Positions 41,578 to 52,190 of a stretch of 64,000 nt of DNA are shown here, in pieces (position 1 is the stretch's first letter; every line of letters starts with the position of its first letter). The position numbers and the translations under genes are program-made. The notes below the pieces were generated by a model that had not been told where the DNA came from, ran no database searches, and worked only from the letters and a program-made list of their open reading frames with translations. The DNA comes from Candidatus Obscuribacteraceae bacterium (GTDB lineage Bacteria > Cyanobacteriota > Vampirovibrionia > Obscuribacterales > Obscuribacteraceae). The stretch is from contig JBGAHS010000003.1 of assembly GCA_044226015.1 (NCBI GenBank), positions 789,364-853,363 of the forward strand, read 5' to 3'.

Positions 41578-42201
41578 ATGAAATTCCACAATCCTATGGT
41601 TGTGCAGAGCTTCAGCCTGCAACGTGGAGTGACGTTCACGCTGAATAGCTGTCTGGGAACGCAGGACGACCCCGGTGTGGAGAACATCGTGACCGACCTG
41701 CTCGTTCTCGGCGAGATGGCGAATTGCCGCCTGCCTGCCGTCGAAGCCCTCGACGCCAAGCTCGGAGGCAAGGTCGCCGCAGCTCTGGCTGATGTGAACT
41801 TCACCGGCCAGGCTGGCGAGAGCGTCCTGGTGAATGTCAATGACCCGACGGCGTCCCAGAAGTACATTCTGGTCATCGGGCTCGGCGACATCGCGCACTA
41901 CAACGGACGCAGCGTCTGTGGCTTTACGCGCAAGGTTCTCGAAGTCGCCAAGGAACTCGGCGTCGAGAAGATCAGCATTCCGTTTTTCCCCAATCGGCAG
42001 ACGGAAGAGAAGGTCTGTCTCGCCGCAACGGCAGCCACAATGGTTTGCCGCGTGACGATGTTCATTCCGAGCCTTCCGAACCTGAAGGAAATCGAGGTAC
42101 TCTCGACTCCTCAGGCTCGGCGGCATCTTCAAGATGGGCTGTTCGGTCGCACGCCGCGCTGCATCATCTGCACCAACCCCGAGTTGGGTCATCAGAGCTA
42201 G
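41578..42201 (+). CDS. Stand-alone leucyl aminopeptidase N-terminal (M17_N / macro-like) domain protein
   Basis: FTGQAGES, ILVIGLG, SIPF; C-terminal CIIC; AAGGAG RBS. Confidence 0.65.
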   Translation: MKFHNPMVVQSFSLQRGVTFTLNSCLGTQDDPGVENIVTDLLVLGEMANCRLPAVEALDAKLGGKVAAALADVNFTGQAGESVLVNVNDPTASQKYILVIGLGDIAHYNGRSVCGFTRKVLEVAKELGVEKISIPFFPNRQTEEKVCLAATAATMVCRVTMFIPSLPNLKEIEVLSTPQARRHLQDGLFGRTPRCIICTNPELGHQS

Positions 42202-42217
42202 TTCGTAAGAACTGGCG

Positions 42218-42252
42218 GCGGAGAGGCTAACGCTTCTCCGCTTTTTCTTTTT
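42218..42252 (+). terminator. Terminator hairpin
   Basis: GCGGAGAG...CTTCTCCGC plus T-tract. Confidence 0.8.
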
Positions 42253-42485
42253 ATTTTGGTGCTATTAGCAGTAGTACTATAGAGAATCGCGAAGTTGTTC
42301 AGCAAAAAATAGCTCGAGCCAGCTTGTTATGAAATACACGCATTGCTAAATTCTGCGGTTCTGGAAAGTAGGCAGCTGAACAGTTACATATGTGGAACAG
42401 CTTTTGCTCTAGGTGCTACGATATTCAGTTTGCCCGACCTGGCATTTGCTGCCAGTTTAGAGCACTTAACAGCGTTGGAGTGTGC

Positions 42486-44258
42486 ATGAGATCAAAAGTT
42501 CTCTGGCTTTTAATGTCCCTGGAAATGAGTTTTGCCAGTTTGACGGCAGACGCTGCAATTGAGCCTTTAGGCGCGAAGACAACTATTTCAAAAGTCAGTC
42601 ATTCAAGTAAGGTCTTGAATTTAAAGGAAGAAGCAAATCAGGCATTCTGGAATCAAGACTATAAGATTGCCAGGGCGAACTTGCAGAAGCTCTTGCTTGA
42701 AGCCAAAGACGACTATCAATTGAAAGGACGAATTCTTGTAAATCTGGCAGTTTGTGATGCTCAAGACGACGACCTCAGCCTGGCAATGAAAAGAGTAAAT
42801 CAGGCTTTGAAAATACTTACGCCGGGCAGCATGACTTATGCAGATGCGCTTCTAGTGCGGGCAAGAGGTCTCTACATTTTGGGCAAAGTTGATGAGTCTA
42901 GAGCGGTGTATCTCAAGGCAACGGAAATTGCAGAGAAACAGCTTGGTTCATGGAACACTGATTTAGCCACACTGTATGAGGGTCTTGCGGCTTGTGCAGT
43001 GAGCAAAAATGATTGGTCGGAAGCGGAGAAGTGTTATAAGAAAGTAGCTCAGCTCGACTTTCTCCAATACGGCTCAGAGAGCGTGCAATTGGGTTGGGCA
43101 CTTCTCAGTTTGAGAACTGCAGAAGAAAAATTGCAGAAGAAGTCGCTTGAAGCGGAAATCTATAAAAAGGTTTTCTGGAATTTTCGTCGCCAAAACGAAA
43201 AACGCATTATGTCAGAACTGAAAGAGTTTCCTGACCAGACCCGCTTAACTGAAGAACTGCGAACACAACTCTATGGTTTTAAGAATGGATTTGCCAATGA
43301 AAATATGGCGTTGAGCTTCGTTAAAGATGGTATTCCAACAGATCTTATTGGTGGACAGGTGAGTTCTAGAGAACACAATTTTGATAATTGGTATCGGCAT
43401 CGCAGTGGGCGAGATCGCGCCCCAGGGCTTGCGTTTTTTGATCCGACAAAGAAACTCAAAGGATTGATCGTAGCTGTTCATGGCTTGGGACTTTATCATG
43501 GCGCTTTCACGCCTTTTGCCGAAAAGATTCAGCACGAAGGTTATGGCGTAGTGGCATTCGATGTTAGAGGTTTTGGTAGTTATCGAAACGATGAGGTATA
43601 CCAGCGACTAAATCTCGATGGCGCGGTTGAAGACCTCGTTCGAATACTCACTGAGCTGCGGCATGACTATCCCGATACTCCTTTTATATTGCTTGGAGAA
43701 TCAATGGGTGGCGCGATAGTGTTGCGCCTTGCGGCAACACAAGAGCATCTTGTTGATGCGGTAATAAGCTCTGTTCCGTCAGGTTCGCGCTTCAAGGGCG
43801 GAGCTACAGCAATTGGTGTTGGCTTGAAGTTGATTGCAGATAAGAACAAGCAATTCAACATGGGAAAAAAGGTTGTTGAAAGGGCAACACAAAAGCCTGA
43901 TCTACGAGATATGTGGGAAGGTGACCCCAATGTGCGCATGAAATTTTCCGCATCAGAGCTTCTGAATTTTCAGCATTTTATGTCAGACAATCTTCGATAC
44001 GCACAGCAAATTGCCAAAACGCCGGTAATTATCTTCCAAGGTTACAGCGATAATTTGGTCAAGCCTATGGGAACACTGGCAATTTATCAGGCGATTAAGA
44101 ATAAAGACAAAGACCTTCTTTTCATTGGCAGAGCTGAGCATCTTATTTTCGAAGAAGGGCAGTTTGACCCCGATATTTACAAGGGTGTTGTCGCCTGGAT
44201 AAACAAGCATGTTGTTGCATTGAACCGTGCACGTGGCACTGCAGGTGGTGCGCCATAA
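42486..44258 (+). CDS. TPR plus alpha/beta hydrolase (lysophospholipase-like)
   Basis: Signal-like N-terminus, TPRs, VHGLG, DVRGFG, GESMGG, D...H. Confidence 0.85.
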   Translation: MRSKVLWLLMSLEMSFASLTADAAIEPLGAKTTISKVSHSSKVLNLKEEANQAFWNQDYKIARANLQKLLLEAKDDYQLKGRILVNLAVCDAQDDDLSLAMKRVNQALKILTPGSMTYADALLVRARGLYILGKVDESRAVYLKATEIAEKQLGSWNTDLATLYEGLAACAVSKNDWSEAEKCYKKVAQLDFLQYGSESVQLGWALLSLRTAEEKLQKKSLEAEIYKKVFWNFRRQNEKRIMSELKEFPDQTRLTEELRTQLYGFKNGFANENMALSFVKDGIPTDLIGGQVSSREHNFDNWYRHRSGRDRAPGLAFFDPTKKLKGLIVAVHGLGLYHGAFTPFAEKIQHEGYGVVAFDVRGFGSYRNDEVYQRLNLDGAVEDLVRILTELRHDYPDTPFILLGESMGGAIVLRLAATQEHLVDAVISSVPSGSRFKGGATAIGVGLKLIADKNKQFNMGKKVVERATQKPDLRDMWEGDPNVRMKFSASELLNFQHFMSDNLRYAQQIAKTPVIIFQGYSDNLVKPMGTLAIYQAIKNKDKDLLFIGRAEHLIFEEGQFDPDIYKGVVAWINKHVVALNRARGTAGGAP

Positions 44259-44331
44259 GCGATTTAAAAGTCTAAAAGAGCCAGGAAATTTAAGAGAGGA
44301 CGTCAAAAAGAGCACCAGACGTCAAAAAGGC

Positions 44332-44376
44332 GAAAAAGAAAGAGAGCCCTGATGATGGTTAGTCATCAGGGCTCTC
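44332..44376 (-). terminator. Terminator hairpin of the S53 gene
   Basis: Perfect 14-bp stem GAGAGCCCTGATGA/TCATCAGGGCTCTC plus T-tract on the minus strand. Confidence 0.85.
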
Positions 44377-44390
44377 AGTCGGAACACATC

Positions 44391-46040
44391 TTACTGCTTC
44401 AGAGCAGCGAGCAGCTTCGCGTAGTCGATCGGACCGAGTCCGCAGACAGCGTTGAAGATGTCACCTTCCTTGCAGCTGTAGGCGCCATTGTTGCCCTTGG
44501 TGACGGGCATGCAGACGTTCTTGCCGTCGGCCGCCAACTTGTACACGATGGCGTTGAGATTGCCGATGGCTTTGCCGAGCTCAGATTCGAGCGCGACGCA
44601 GGCTGCCGCATGGAACGGAGACACCGCGGAGGTGCCACCGATAACGCTGACGCTGCCGTTCGGTCCCATCACCTCGATGCCTGTCGCGGGGTCAGCGATG
44701 CCAGCGACATCACCAACAACTCGACCGGGCTTCTTGGTTTCAGCGTGAACCGGAAGCTTGACGCCAGCCTTCTGCAAGAGCAGCTGGTCCTCGGTGTAGT
44801 TCGGGTACTTCAGGCTGACACCGCCGCCGGTGGCGCCGCCGAAGCTGCTGTTCCACGCACGAACGACGTTGCCATTGTCGAAGACACCGCTGCACGAGGT
44901 GTTCCACGGCGAGCTGCCAGGGTAATCGCAGTGCGACTTCCCGTCTTCGGCGCCGTCGGTCGAGCCGTCGTCACCTGCCGCACAGAACACGGTGATGCCC
45001 ATCGCCATGCAGGTCTGCAGCGCCTGGTCGAAGAGCTTGCGGTCATCATCGGTCCACTCGCCGTCTTCCCGAGCGCCCCAGCTGATGCTGATCTTCTTGG
45101 GTTTGGACGAGTGGCGTGCGATAGCAAGCAGGGCATTGGCGAAACCGCTGACGGTGTTCGGGCCGATCGCCATGATCTGCTCAGCCAGGGGCACGATAGC
45201 TGCCTGAACCTGCGAGTCCAGGTAGTTTTCGCCATCGGCGCCGTCGAGGTCACCCGAGGGGTCGTTCTTGGCGCCGTCGACCGTGATGATGGTAATCTTC
45301 GGCGCGGGCATGCCGATGCGCTTGTTGGAACGCGCAACGACTTCCGGGTCGAGACCACCACCGAGCGACACGAACCCGACTGCGAAACCGGCGCCGAGCT
45401 TGGTCAACGGAACACCATAACGCACTGCTACAGCTTTGCTGTTCCAGGAACGAGCGAGCTGTTCATGCGGCTTGTCGCGGCCGTTGTCGTCCTTTTCGGA
45501 GCCGCTTCCGGTATCGTCCTGGGGCTGCTTGGGCTCCATGAAGCGCACGAGTTTGGGCTCGCACTTCGGACGCTGGTCGATGCCGTGGATGGATTGCACG
45601 TACTTGTGAATCTTCCACTTGGTCGGCATGCTGAGCTGACCAGTGCGGCCAGTGAAGAGCAAGCCGTTGATGCCTTCGTACTCGTTCAGGGTAGCGCCGA
45701 AGCACTGACGAATCTGACGAGCGCTGCCTTCGACCTGAAGCAGTCCGCTGAGCGGGTCGTAAGCGCCGACCTGGAAGCCGGCAGTTTCGAGCGTCTGACG
45801 AATGTTCGACAGGACGCTTTCACAGATGATGCCGCAGCTGGCAGCGAGCTGTTCTGCGGTCAATGCCTCGACTTCGCCGGTGGCGACTTTGCGTGCCAGG
45901 TCGGCGAGGCGGGTGCTGCCTTCATTGAGGTGCAGGAAGAAACTGAGAGTCTTGCTGTGCGGCGTGACCTTGACTCGCTTTTCGGCGGGTGCAAGGCGTT
46001 CGCTACCAGCGAAGAAAGTCTGGTGAACGGGTTGTTTCAT
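44391..46040 (-). CDS. S53 family peptidase (kumamolisin/sedolisin-like)
   Basis: Prodomain, ENYLD, SISWG, AAGDDG, GGTSA, GLG; GGAG RBS before ATG 46040. Confidence 0.9.
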   Translation of the reverse strand: MKQPVHQTFFAGSERLAPAEKRVKVTPHSKTLSFFLHLNEGSTRLADLARKVATGEVEALTAEQLAASCGIICESVLSNIRQTLETAGFQVGAYDPLSGLLQVEGSARQIRQCFGATLNEYEGINGLLFTGRTGQLSMPTKWKIHKYVQSIHGIDQRPKCEPKLVRFMEPKQPQDDTGSGSEKDDNGRDKPHEQLARSWNSKAVAVRYGVPLTKLGAGFAVGFVSLGGGLDPEVVARSNKRIGMPAPKITIITVDGAKNDPSGDLDGADGENYLDSQVQAAIVPLAEQIMAIGPNTVSGFANALLAIARHSSKPKKISISWGAREDGEWTDDDRKLFDQALQTCMAMGITVFCAAGDDGSTDGAEDGKSHCDYPGSSPWNTSCSGVFDNGNVVRAWNSSFGGATGGGVSLKYPNYTEDQLLLQKAGVKLPVHAETKKPGRVVGDVAGIADPATGIEVMGPNGSVSVIGGTSAVSPFHAAACVALESELGKAIGNLNAIVYKLAADGKNVCMPVTKGNNGAYSCKEGDIFNAVCGLGPIDYAKLLAALKQ

Positions 46041-46685
46041 AATATCTCCAGAGGTTAGCGAAGCCGTGAGGCTCGCGGATTCATCTCGTTCGCAACAAAA
46101 GACCTCGCGAGCAACAGAGCACGCGAAAACAGCAAGCAATTCGAATCAACCGTCTCAGGACAGAAAGGGGGACTTCGATTTACTTACTGGGTTTGACTTG
46201 TGGGTTGAAAAGGCTTGCTGTTGTGGGAACGAAGAAGTGCCATGATTATTCAAAATTGGCGCGTTTAAAACCAAGTTTAAAAGGCGCACTGTGGCTAGTT
46301 CTTTACAACCGGTTGCGTGGTGTGATAGCGGAAACAGGCAGTTTACAAACGCGTATCGTACTGCAATGCACTGCATATCTATTCAGCGCAAATCAGCTAT
46401 TCATGCCAGTTTTAGCCAGTATTATGTGTGAAGAAAGGAATTGTCTGCACAGTTCCACTTGAATACTTGAATTGTCGATAAAAATCCGGAAACCATTGTA
46501 ATAACACAGTTGCTGGATTTAGGATTTATTTTTGTAAGTTGCGCTAGCTCGGAAACATGTAAGTTACGTTTCCCGAAACCCACAACCCGACCGGTTTTCA
46601 AGTGAGGTGTCTGTTCTTGTAGTATTGGCGGAGTTTTTCAGATTTGCCACTTTGACCCGCACTGTTTTGGCCCATGGCAACTTCC

Positions 46686-46924
46686 TTGAAGTATTCATTT
46701 TTCATTTAGTATTTTGCAAGTCCGCATTCATCGTTCGAGTCAGCCCTGAAGGACCCAGATCTCCTTAGTTTCTCAGAGAAAGTCCCGCAAACAGAAAAGT
46801 AAGACACCAGCAGTCCCTCTGCTGTGTGTTGGCTCGAACGTTTCTAGCATCCAGAAGCAGACGGAAAAACAGCACCCATCGAAGCCGTCTGGTCAAATCA
46901 TAAGATGGGACCCATGGTAGCGTC
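46686..46924 (+). promoter_or_regulatory. Putative promoter plus structured leader of ftsH
   Basis: TTGAAG-18-TATTTT (also TTCAAG-17-TAGTAT at 46597-46625); 13-bp stem 46732-46744/46828-46840; CAGACGG/CCGTCTG stem. Confidence 0.5.
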
Positions 46925-49051
46925 ATGATTACCAAAAATTACAAAAACTGGTTCGTTTGGACTGCTTGCATCGCTTTGATCGCAACGGCAGTCACGTTCC
47001 TCGTCCCCTCCGCTCCTGTTCGTCCGACGGCTCATGCCGCAACGACGCAGACTGGACGCGGAGTAGTTTCTAACCCCTCGACTGAAGCGCCCATCCAGGT
47101 TTCGCAGCTTGCGGCTCCGAAGGCGCCGACTGTCTCCGCAGTTTCTTACCAGAAGCTCAAGTCTCTTCTTGCTACTGATGCTCAGAGCATCAAGAGCATT
47201 GTCATCGAGACCACTGGGCTCACCGTCAAGGCTCGCCTTGTCGATGGTAACGAGCTTGTTGCTGTGCTTCCCGACGCTGACGCGAAGATAGAGCTGCGCA
47301 AGTATCTCGATGCCAACAATGTGCAATATGACGTGTTTGCGACGCCTGCGCCTCAGCCCGCGCCCATCGTGGTGAAGACTGATGGTGGTGGCGGTGGATT
47401 CAGTTTCACCTCGCTGCTCGTCATGTTCGGCCTCATGCTCGCTGTTTCTCTGGCAGTCGGCTGGATTCAGCGTCGTTTCATGAGTGGTGGCGCCGCCGGT
47501 GGTGTCAGCAACACCTTTAACAAGACCAAGTCGAAAGACGTGGGCAATCTCGGCGCGCGTGCTGACAAGGTCACTTTCGAAGATGTGGCTGGTCAGGACG
47601 AGGCTGTTACCGAACTCAAGCGTGTCGTGAAGAACATTCTCGACCGTGGCGTCTATGCCGAGTTTGACGGTGAACTGCCCAGCGGCATTCTTCTGCTCGG
47701 CCCTCCGGGCACGGGTAAGACGATGCTCGCCAAGGCGCTGGCTACGGAAAGCGATGGCGCGATGGCGGCTCTTGCTGGCTCGGACTTTGTCGAGATGTTC
47801 GTCGGCGTCGGTGCCGCTCGTATTCGCGACGAGTTTACCAAGGCTCGTGAGACCGTGGACAAGACTGGCAAGCCCTACATCATCTTCATCGACGAGTTCG
47901 ATGCAATTGGTGGCAAGCGCGGTGCTGGTGGTCCGGCCGGTGGCAACTCTGAGCGTGAAAACACGCTGAACCAGCTGCTGGTTGAAATGGATGGTGTGCA
48001 GACGAACAAGGGCATCCTTATTCTTGCTGCCACGAACCGCGCTGAAATGCTTGACGAAGCTTTGCTTCGTCCGGGTCGTTTCGACGCTCACATCCAGGTT
48101 GACCTGCCTGACGTGCTTGGTCGCGAGAAGATCTTCAATGTGCACACGCGCAAGAAGAAGCTGGCGTCCGGCGTGACGACCAAGCTGCTTGCTCAGCGTA
48201 CCTATGGGTACAGTGGTGCGGAGATCAAGGGTGCGTGCAATCGTGCCGCGATCATCGCTGCTGAGCGCTGGGTCGCCGAGGCTGAGAAGCTGAAGCTTGC
48301 CGGCAAGACTGCCGCTGAGATCAAGGCTGAGCTGCCGAAGGAAATTCGCCTCACGGACTTCGATGAAGGTATCGACTTCGTGCGCCTCGGCGGTGCCAAG
48401 GTCGGTGCTCAGTCGCGCATGCCGGTTGAGGAGAAGCTCAACACCACGGTGCACGAGGGCGGTCACGCTCTTGCAGCCGCTGTGTTGAAGGGCTCTGACC
48501 CGGTCGTGAAAATCACCGTGATGCGTCGTGCGCGTGCGCTGGGCTACGTCCAGTACATGCCCGACACTGACCGAGTGAGCTTCTCTGACGAGCAGGCTAT
48601 TGCGCGCATCATTTGTGCGATGGCTGGTCGTGCTGCGCAGGAGGTCTATCTGAACAAGATCGACACCGGTGCGTCGAACGACTTCGAACAGGCCTCTGAC
48701 ATGGCTTATCGCATGGTGACCAAGTGGGGCATGTCTCGCCTCGGTCGCATCTCGGTCGGTGACCGTGGTGCCGGCATCTCTGCGACGGGCGGTCATGGTG
48801 GCAGCTTGCCCTACGGCAGCAATCTCGCCAACGAGATTGACGCTGAGTGGCGCCGCATTGTGGATGAGTGCTACAAGATTGCGCGTTACATCGTCGAGAC
48901 CGAAAAGGTCCGCATGGACGCGTTGGTTCAGGAGCTGCAGCGAGATGAAACGATGCTCGCGCCGCGCTGGGCTGAATTCCTGGAGCAGTATCCTTCTGCG
49001 GTTGACCCTGAGAAGGTCAAGTTCAACCCTGCTTCGCCGGTCAACGGTTAA
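46925..49051 (+). CDS. ftsH: ATP-dependent zinc metalloprotease FtsH (probably a paralog)
   Basis: Two [22 protein letters not shown]...[19 protein letters not shown]. Confidence 0.92.
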   Translation: MITKNYKNWFVWTACIALIATAVTFLVPSAPVRPTAHAATTQTGRGVVSNPSTEAPIQVSQLAAPKAPTVSAVSYQKLKSLLATDAQSIKSIVIETTGLTVKARLVDGNELVAVLPDADAKIELRKYLDANNVQYDVFATPAPQPAPIVVKTDGGGGGFSFTSLLVMFGLMLAVSLAVGWIQRRFMSGGAAGGVSNTFNKTKSKDVGNLGARADKVTFEDVAGQDEAVTELKRVVKNILDRGVYAEFDGELPSGILLLGPPGTGKTMLAKALATESDGAMAALAGSDFVEMFVGVGAARIRDEFTKARETVDKTGKPYIIFIDEFDAIGGKRGAGGPAGGNSERENTLNQLLVEMDGVQTNKGILILAATNRAEMLDEALLRPGRFDAHIQVDLPDVLGREKIFNVHTRKKKLASGVTTKLLAQRTYGYSGAEIKGACNRAAIIAAERWVAEAEKLKLAGKTAAEIKAELPKEIRLTDFDEGIDFVRLGGAKVGAQSRMPVEEKLNTTVHEGGHALAAAVLKGSDPVVKITVMRRARALGYVQYMPDTDRVSFSDEQAIARIICAMAGRAAQEVYLNKIDTGASNDFEQASDMAYRMVTKWGMSRLGRISVGDRGAGISATGGHGGSLPYGSNLANEIDAEWRRIVDECYKIARYIVETEKVRMDALVQELQRDETMLAPRWAEFLEQYPSAVDPEKVKFNPASPVNG

Positions 49052-49061
49052 GGAGGGCACC

Positions 49062-49268
49062 ATGAAAAAAGAGCAGCAAAAGGGTCTGGCAACGCGTGAC
49101 GACAAAATTCGCGGCTGCACCAGTATGGTGTTGATGTTCGCGGGTTTCATCTTCGCGCACCAGCAGGTTGATCAGTCTTTGATCGCCGGCGGTCTTTGTT
49201 TCGGCGTCCTGAACATGTGCACTCTGTTTGCCATCATGTTCAAGGACATGGATACGGTCGAGGGATAA
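49062..49268 (+). CDS. Small 2-TM protein (68 aa)
   Basis: AGGAGG RBS immediately after the ftsH stop. Confidence 0.7.
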   Translation: MKKEQQKGLATRDDKIRGCTSMVLMFAGFIFAHQQVDQSLIAGGLCFGVLNMCTLFAIMFKDMDTVEG

Positions 49269-49314
49269 AACCTTCGCCGGTGACAGGCTGTCACCATGGG
49301 TGGTAGCACAACTT

Positions 49315-49362
49315 GGCCCCGGAGATGAGCGCTTAACAGCGCCTTCTTCGGGGTCTTTTTTT
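49315..49362 (+). terminator. Terminator hairpin
   Basis: GGCCCCGGAGA...TCTTCGGGGTC plus T7. Confidence 0.8.
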
Positions 49363-49419
49363 CTTCTGTTTTTGAATACGATGTAGTGTAGTAGAACTCT
49401 CAGAAGTAAAAAGAGTAAA

Positions 49420-49470
49420 AAGAGGAGGAAGAAGAACAGCCGGCGAACACTAGGTTCAACCGGCTGTTCT
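49420..49470 (-). terminator. Terminator hairpin of the ABC gene
   Basis: AGAACAGCCGG/CCGGCTGTTCT plus pyrimidine tail on the minus strand. Confidence 0.7.
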
Positions 49471-49499
49471 CAATTAGTGGTGGTCCTGAAGCTTCAGCC

Positions 49500-51284
49500 T
49501 TACGACTTGGGCATCAGGAAGGAGGGGAAGATGCCGAGCTTCAGCTTGGACTTCGCCTCATAGTCCTTGGCAGGAACCAGCTTGGTCTTGCCACCCTCGC
49601 CGATGTCGAGCACCCAGGTGTGATACTTCACCAGGTCGGGGTTGTTGCCCGCCGTGATGTAAGTTGTGCCCAGGGTCTTGAACAGCGTGAAGATGAGCTT
49701 CTCGGTGTCGGCTTCCAGAGAGTTGGAAGCTTCGTCGATGAGGCAATACTTCGGCTTCTTGAGGATAATCCTCGCCAGAGCCAGACGCTGTTGCTGCGAC
49801 AGGGAAAGCACTTCCCGCCAGTTCTGCACTTCGTCGAAGCCGATGTTCTTCTTGTCCTTAGCGACGATGTCGCCGAGGTCGACCAGCTTCAGAATTTCCA
49901 CGAGACGGTCGTCGGGCGTCTCGGTCTTGTCGGAGGACGGATAGCTCATCGCTTCCCGCAGCGTCATCGGCTGCATGAAAGGCTGCTGAGTGATGATCAT
50001 CACATCGGTGATGACCGGACGCTCGATCTTACCCGACCCGAAGGGCCATGTCCCGAGCACGGCGTTCAGAGCGGCAGACTTGCCCGAGGCTTGAGGACCA
50101 CGGATGAGAACGCTTTCGCCCAGCTTCACCTGCAGGTTGAGTTTCGAGATGAGAAGGTCGCCACCAGGGGTGGTGATATCGACATCCTTCATCACGATTT
50201 CGGGGTTGCCCTCGACGACATGAATGTACTTGCCTTCCGGAAGCTTCTCCACACCGGTCGTTTTGAGAAACTCCATCAGAGTTCCCAGACGATTTACGAT
50301 CGCAGTGTAGAAGGTCAAGCCGCCGAAGTTGCCGACTAGCACAGACATACCGCCGAACATAGCAGCGAAGGTGCCCTGAGCCTTGGCGACGACGCCGAAG
50401 TCCAGGCTGGGGTTCTGCAGAACCATCGCGCCCATGATCGCCAGCGGGATCAGAGGGGCAAGCGGGTAGTAAATCGCCGTGAAGACCTGGATGTTTCGAT
50501 TCACCAGCATCATGTCCATGAGGGTGTCGATGACTGCGACTTGCCGCAGATTTGCCAGATTTTCGACGAGCGACTGCGCCCGGTAGTTCGCCATGATCGA
50601 CACCTGAGTGCGAGCCTCGGTGAGACCAGAGCGCAGGTCGCCTTCCGTTTGCTGCTGCCGGCTCGTGAGAGCGACCAGCGAGCGACCGAGGAAGTAGACG
50701 ACCGTCGAGCCGAAGAGAGCATAGAGCACGTTGGCTCCAGCCAGCATCGGCGCCATCTTGTAGAGCACACTGCCCATGGTGCCGATGGTGAGGAAGGCAT
50801 CGAAGAACGAGAAGAAGAGCCCGATCGACGTGTTTGCGAAGGAATCAACCTCCGCAGTCATGCGCCATTCGGGGTTATCGATGCGGTCTCTCTCTGCCTG
50901 GGTCTGGTTGAATTGGTCCAGACGCAGAGCGGCAAGACCGGCGAAGTATGACGCGAAGTATTCGCTGGACAGGAACTTTCGCCAGATCAGAGCGAGGGTC
51001 GTTCGACAGACGTTGCCGATGACCTCGGTAGGCATCGTTAGGAAGATGAGCCCGACGTTGAGGGCGAGAAACCACCAGAAGTTCGGTGCTTCGCCGGCCT
51101 TGAGAGCCGACCAGACCGCGCCGTTGGTGTCGTTGACGTAGACGGTGATCGCGATTTTCGCGACCACGCAGGCGATGGCACCACCCAGAAGACCGAGTGC
51201 CTTGAACTTGTGTTCAGACAGCCAGAAGGGTTTGCCGACATCATAGATGCGTCGCCACGGAAAGCCTTGAAGGTTGAGTTTCAT
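49500..51284 (-). CDS. ABCD/YddA-type ABC transporter (TMD-NBD fusion), degenerate NBD
   Basis: IDNPEWRM, GPQASGKS, WPFGSGKI, LSLSQQQR, LIDEA. Confidence 0.88.
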   Translation of the reverse strand: MKLNLQGFPWRRIYDVGKPFWLSEHKFKALGLLGGAIACVVAKIAITVYVNDTNGAVWSALKAGEAPNFWWFLALNVGLIFLTMPTEVIGNVCRTTLALIWRKFLSSEYFASYFAGLAALRLDQFNQTQAERDRIDNPEWRMTAEVDSFANTSIGLFFSFFDAFLTIGTMGSVLYKMAPMLAGANVLYALFGSTVVYFLGRSLVALTSRQQQTEGDLRSGLTEARTQVSIMANYRAQSLVENLANLRQVAVIDTLMDMMLVNRNIQVFTAIYYPLAPLIPLAIMGAMVLQNPSLDFGVVAKAQGTFAAMFGGMSVLVGNFGGLTFYTAIVNRLGTLMEFLKTTGVEKLPEGKYIHVVEGNPEIVMKDVDITTPGGDLLISKLNLQVKLGESVLIRGPQASGKSAALNAVLGTWPFGSGKIERPVITDVMIITQQPFMQPMTLREAMSYPSSDKTETPDDRLVEILKLVDLGDIVAKDKKNIGFDEVQNWREVLSLSQQQRLALARIILKKPKYCLIDEASNSLEADTEKLIFTLFKTLGTTYITAGNNPDLVKYHTWVLDIGEGGKTKLVPAKDYEAKSKLKLGIFPSFLMPKS

Positions 51285-51442
51285 GACAGTGGTCCGTGTT
51301 CGAGGAGAGGTTCCTGACGGAACGTCCTGGTTGCAAGAAAGCTTTGAATCAAACTACAGCGCTGAGTGCGCAGCAGCCCACGGATAGGTCAAAGCTTTCG
51401 CCAACCGCACCATTGCGGTGAGCGCAAACCAGGTCCGTGTAA

Positions 51443-51856
51443 TCAGGGTCGATAGAGAATCTTTGCCATGCCGCTGATGACCTCCTCACCTCGCTGATTT
51501 CTGCAGCAGGTTCGGAGCGTCATGCGGCCAGCTTGCTCGTCGTAAGTGTCGACGCTTACGTCCGTTGTAATCTCGTCGCCGAAGTAGACCGGCTTGAGGA
51601 ATCGCAAGTCCTGTGCCAGGTAGATAGCGCCCGGCCCAGGAATTTCCATCGCGACCAGTGCTGAGATGGTGGAAGCCACCAGCATGCCGTGCGCGATGGG
51701 TCTCTTGAAGATGGTGGTGGCAGCGTACTCCGCGTCCAGGTGGACGGGGTTGCTATCACCACTCAATGTTGCGAATGCTCTCACCATTTCGGCGTTGATG
51801 ACTCGAGAGCTCTGGCGTGAATCGCCAGGCTTCCAAGACTTACGCGAAATGAGCAT
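51443..51856 (-). CDS. MaoC/PhaJ-like (R)-enoyl-CoA hydratase
   Basis: FATLSGDSNPVH, IAHGML, PGPGAIY, FLKPVYFGD. Confidence 0.9.
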   Translation of the reverse strand: MLISRKSWKPGDSRQSSRVINAEMVRAFATLSGDSNPVHLDAEYAATTIFKRPIAHGMLVASTISALVAMEIPGPGAIYLAQDLRFLKPVYFGDEITTDVSVDTYDEQAGRMTLRTCCRNQRGEEVISGMAKILYRP

Positions 51857-51908
51857 AGTTGAGCTCCGTGAATTGTTGCCGCAGAAGGTTTCGTCGTTGT
51901 CTCGACCG

Positions 51909-52190
51909 TTACTTGATCGGGAACTTCGCCGAAATCCAGATGCAGCCGGCGCGGCCGGAGGTGGCGCTGAACTGATGCGGCTGAATCAGCCACATGTTCG
52001 CCATCAAGGTGCTTGCGCGCTCGATGACCTCGTCGGCCGGGTAGCCGTCCATGAAGTCCACGCAGACCGAGTCGAGATGCGGGCGCACCTTGCGCTCGTC
52101 GTGGAACTTGGTGACGAGGGTGTTCGAGAGGCGCTTGGCCTCGTCCTCGACGGTGGTGTTCTTCAGGAGGCTGAAGGGAGCGTCGTTCAT
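51909..52190 (-). CDS. Hypothetical protein (93 aa)
   Basis: AAGGA RBS, strong C/G-ending codon bias. Confidence 0.7.
   Translation of the reverse strand: MNDAPFSLLKNTTVEDEAKRLSNTLVTKFHDERKVRPHLDSVCVDFMDGYPADEVIERASTLMANMWLIQPHQFSATSGRAGCIWISAKFPIK

Noticed and set aside
34585..49150. Long antisense ORFs (34585-35883, 35442-38021, 39510-40478, 44352-46058, 46898-49150)
   Set aside because: They are exact in-register shadows of motif-bearing genes, caused by the absence of TTA/CTA/TCA codons. They have no recognisable motifs and are used only as evidence of codon bias.
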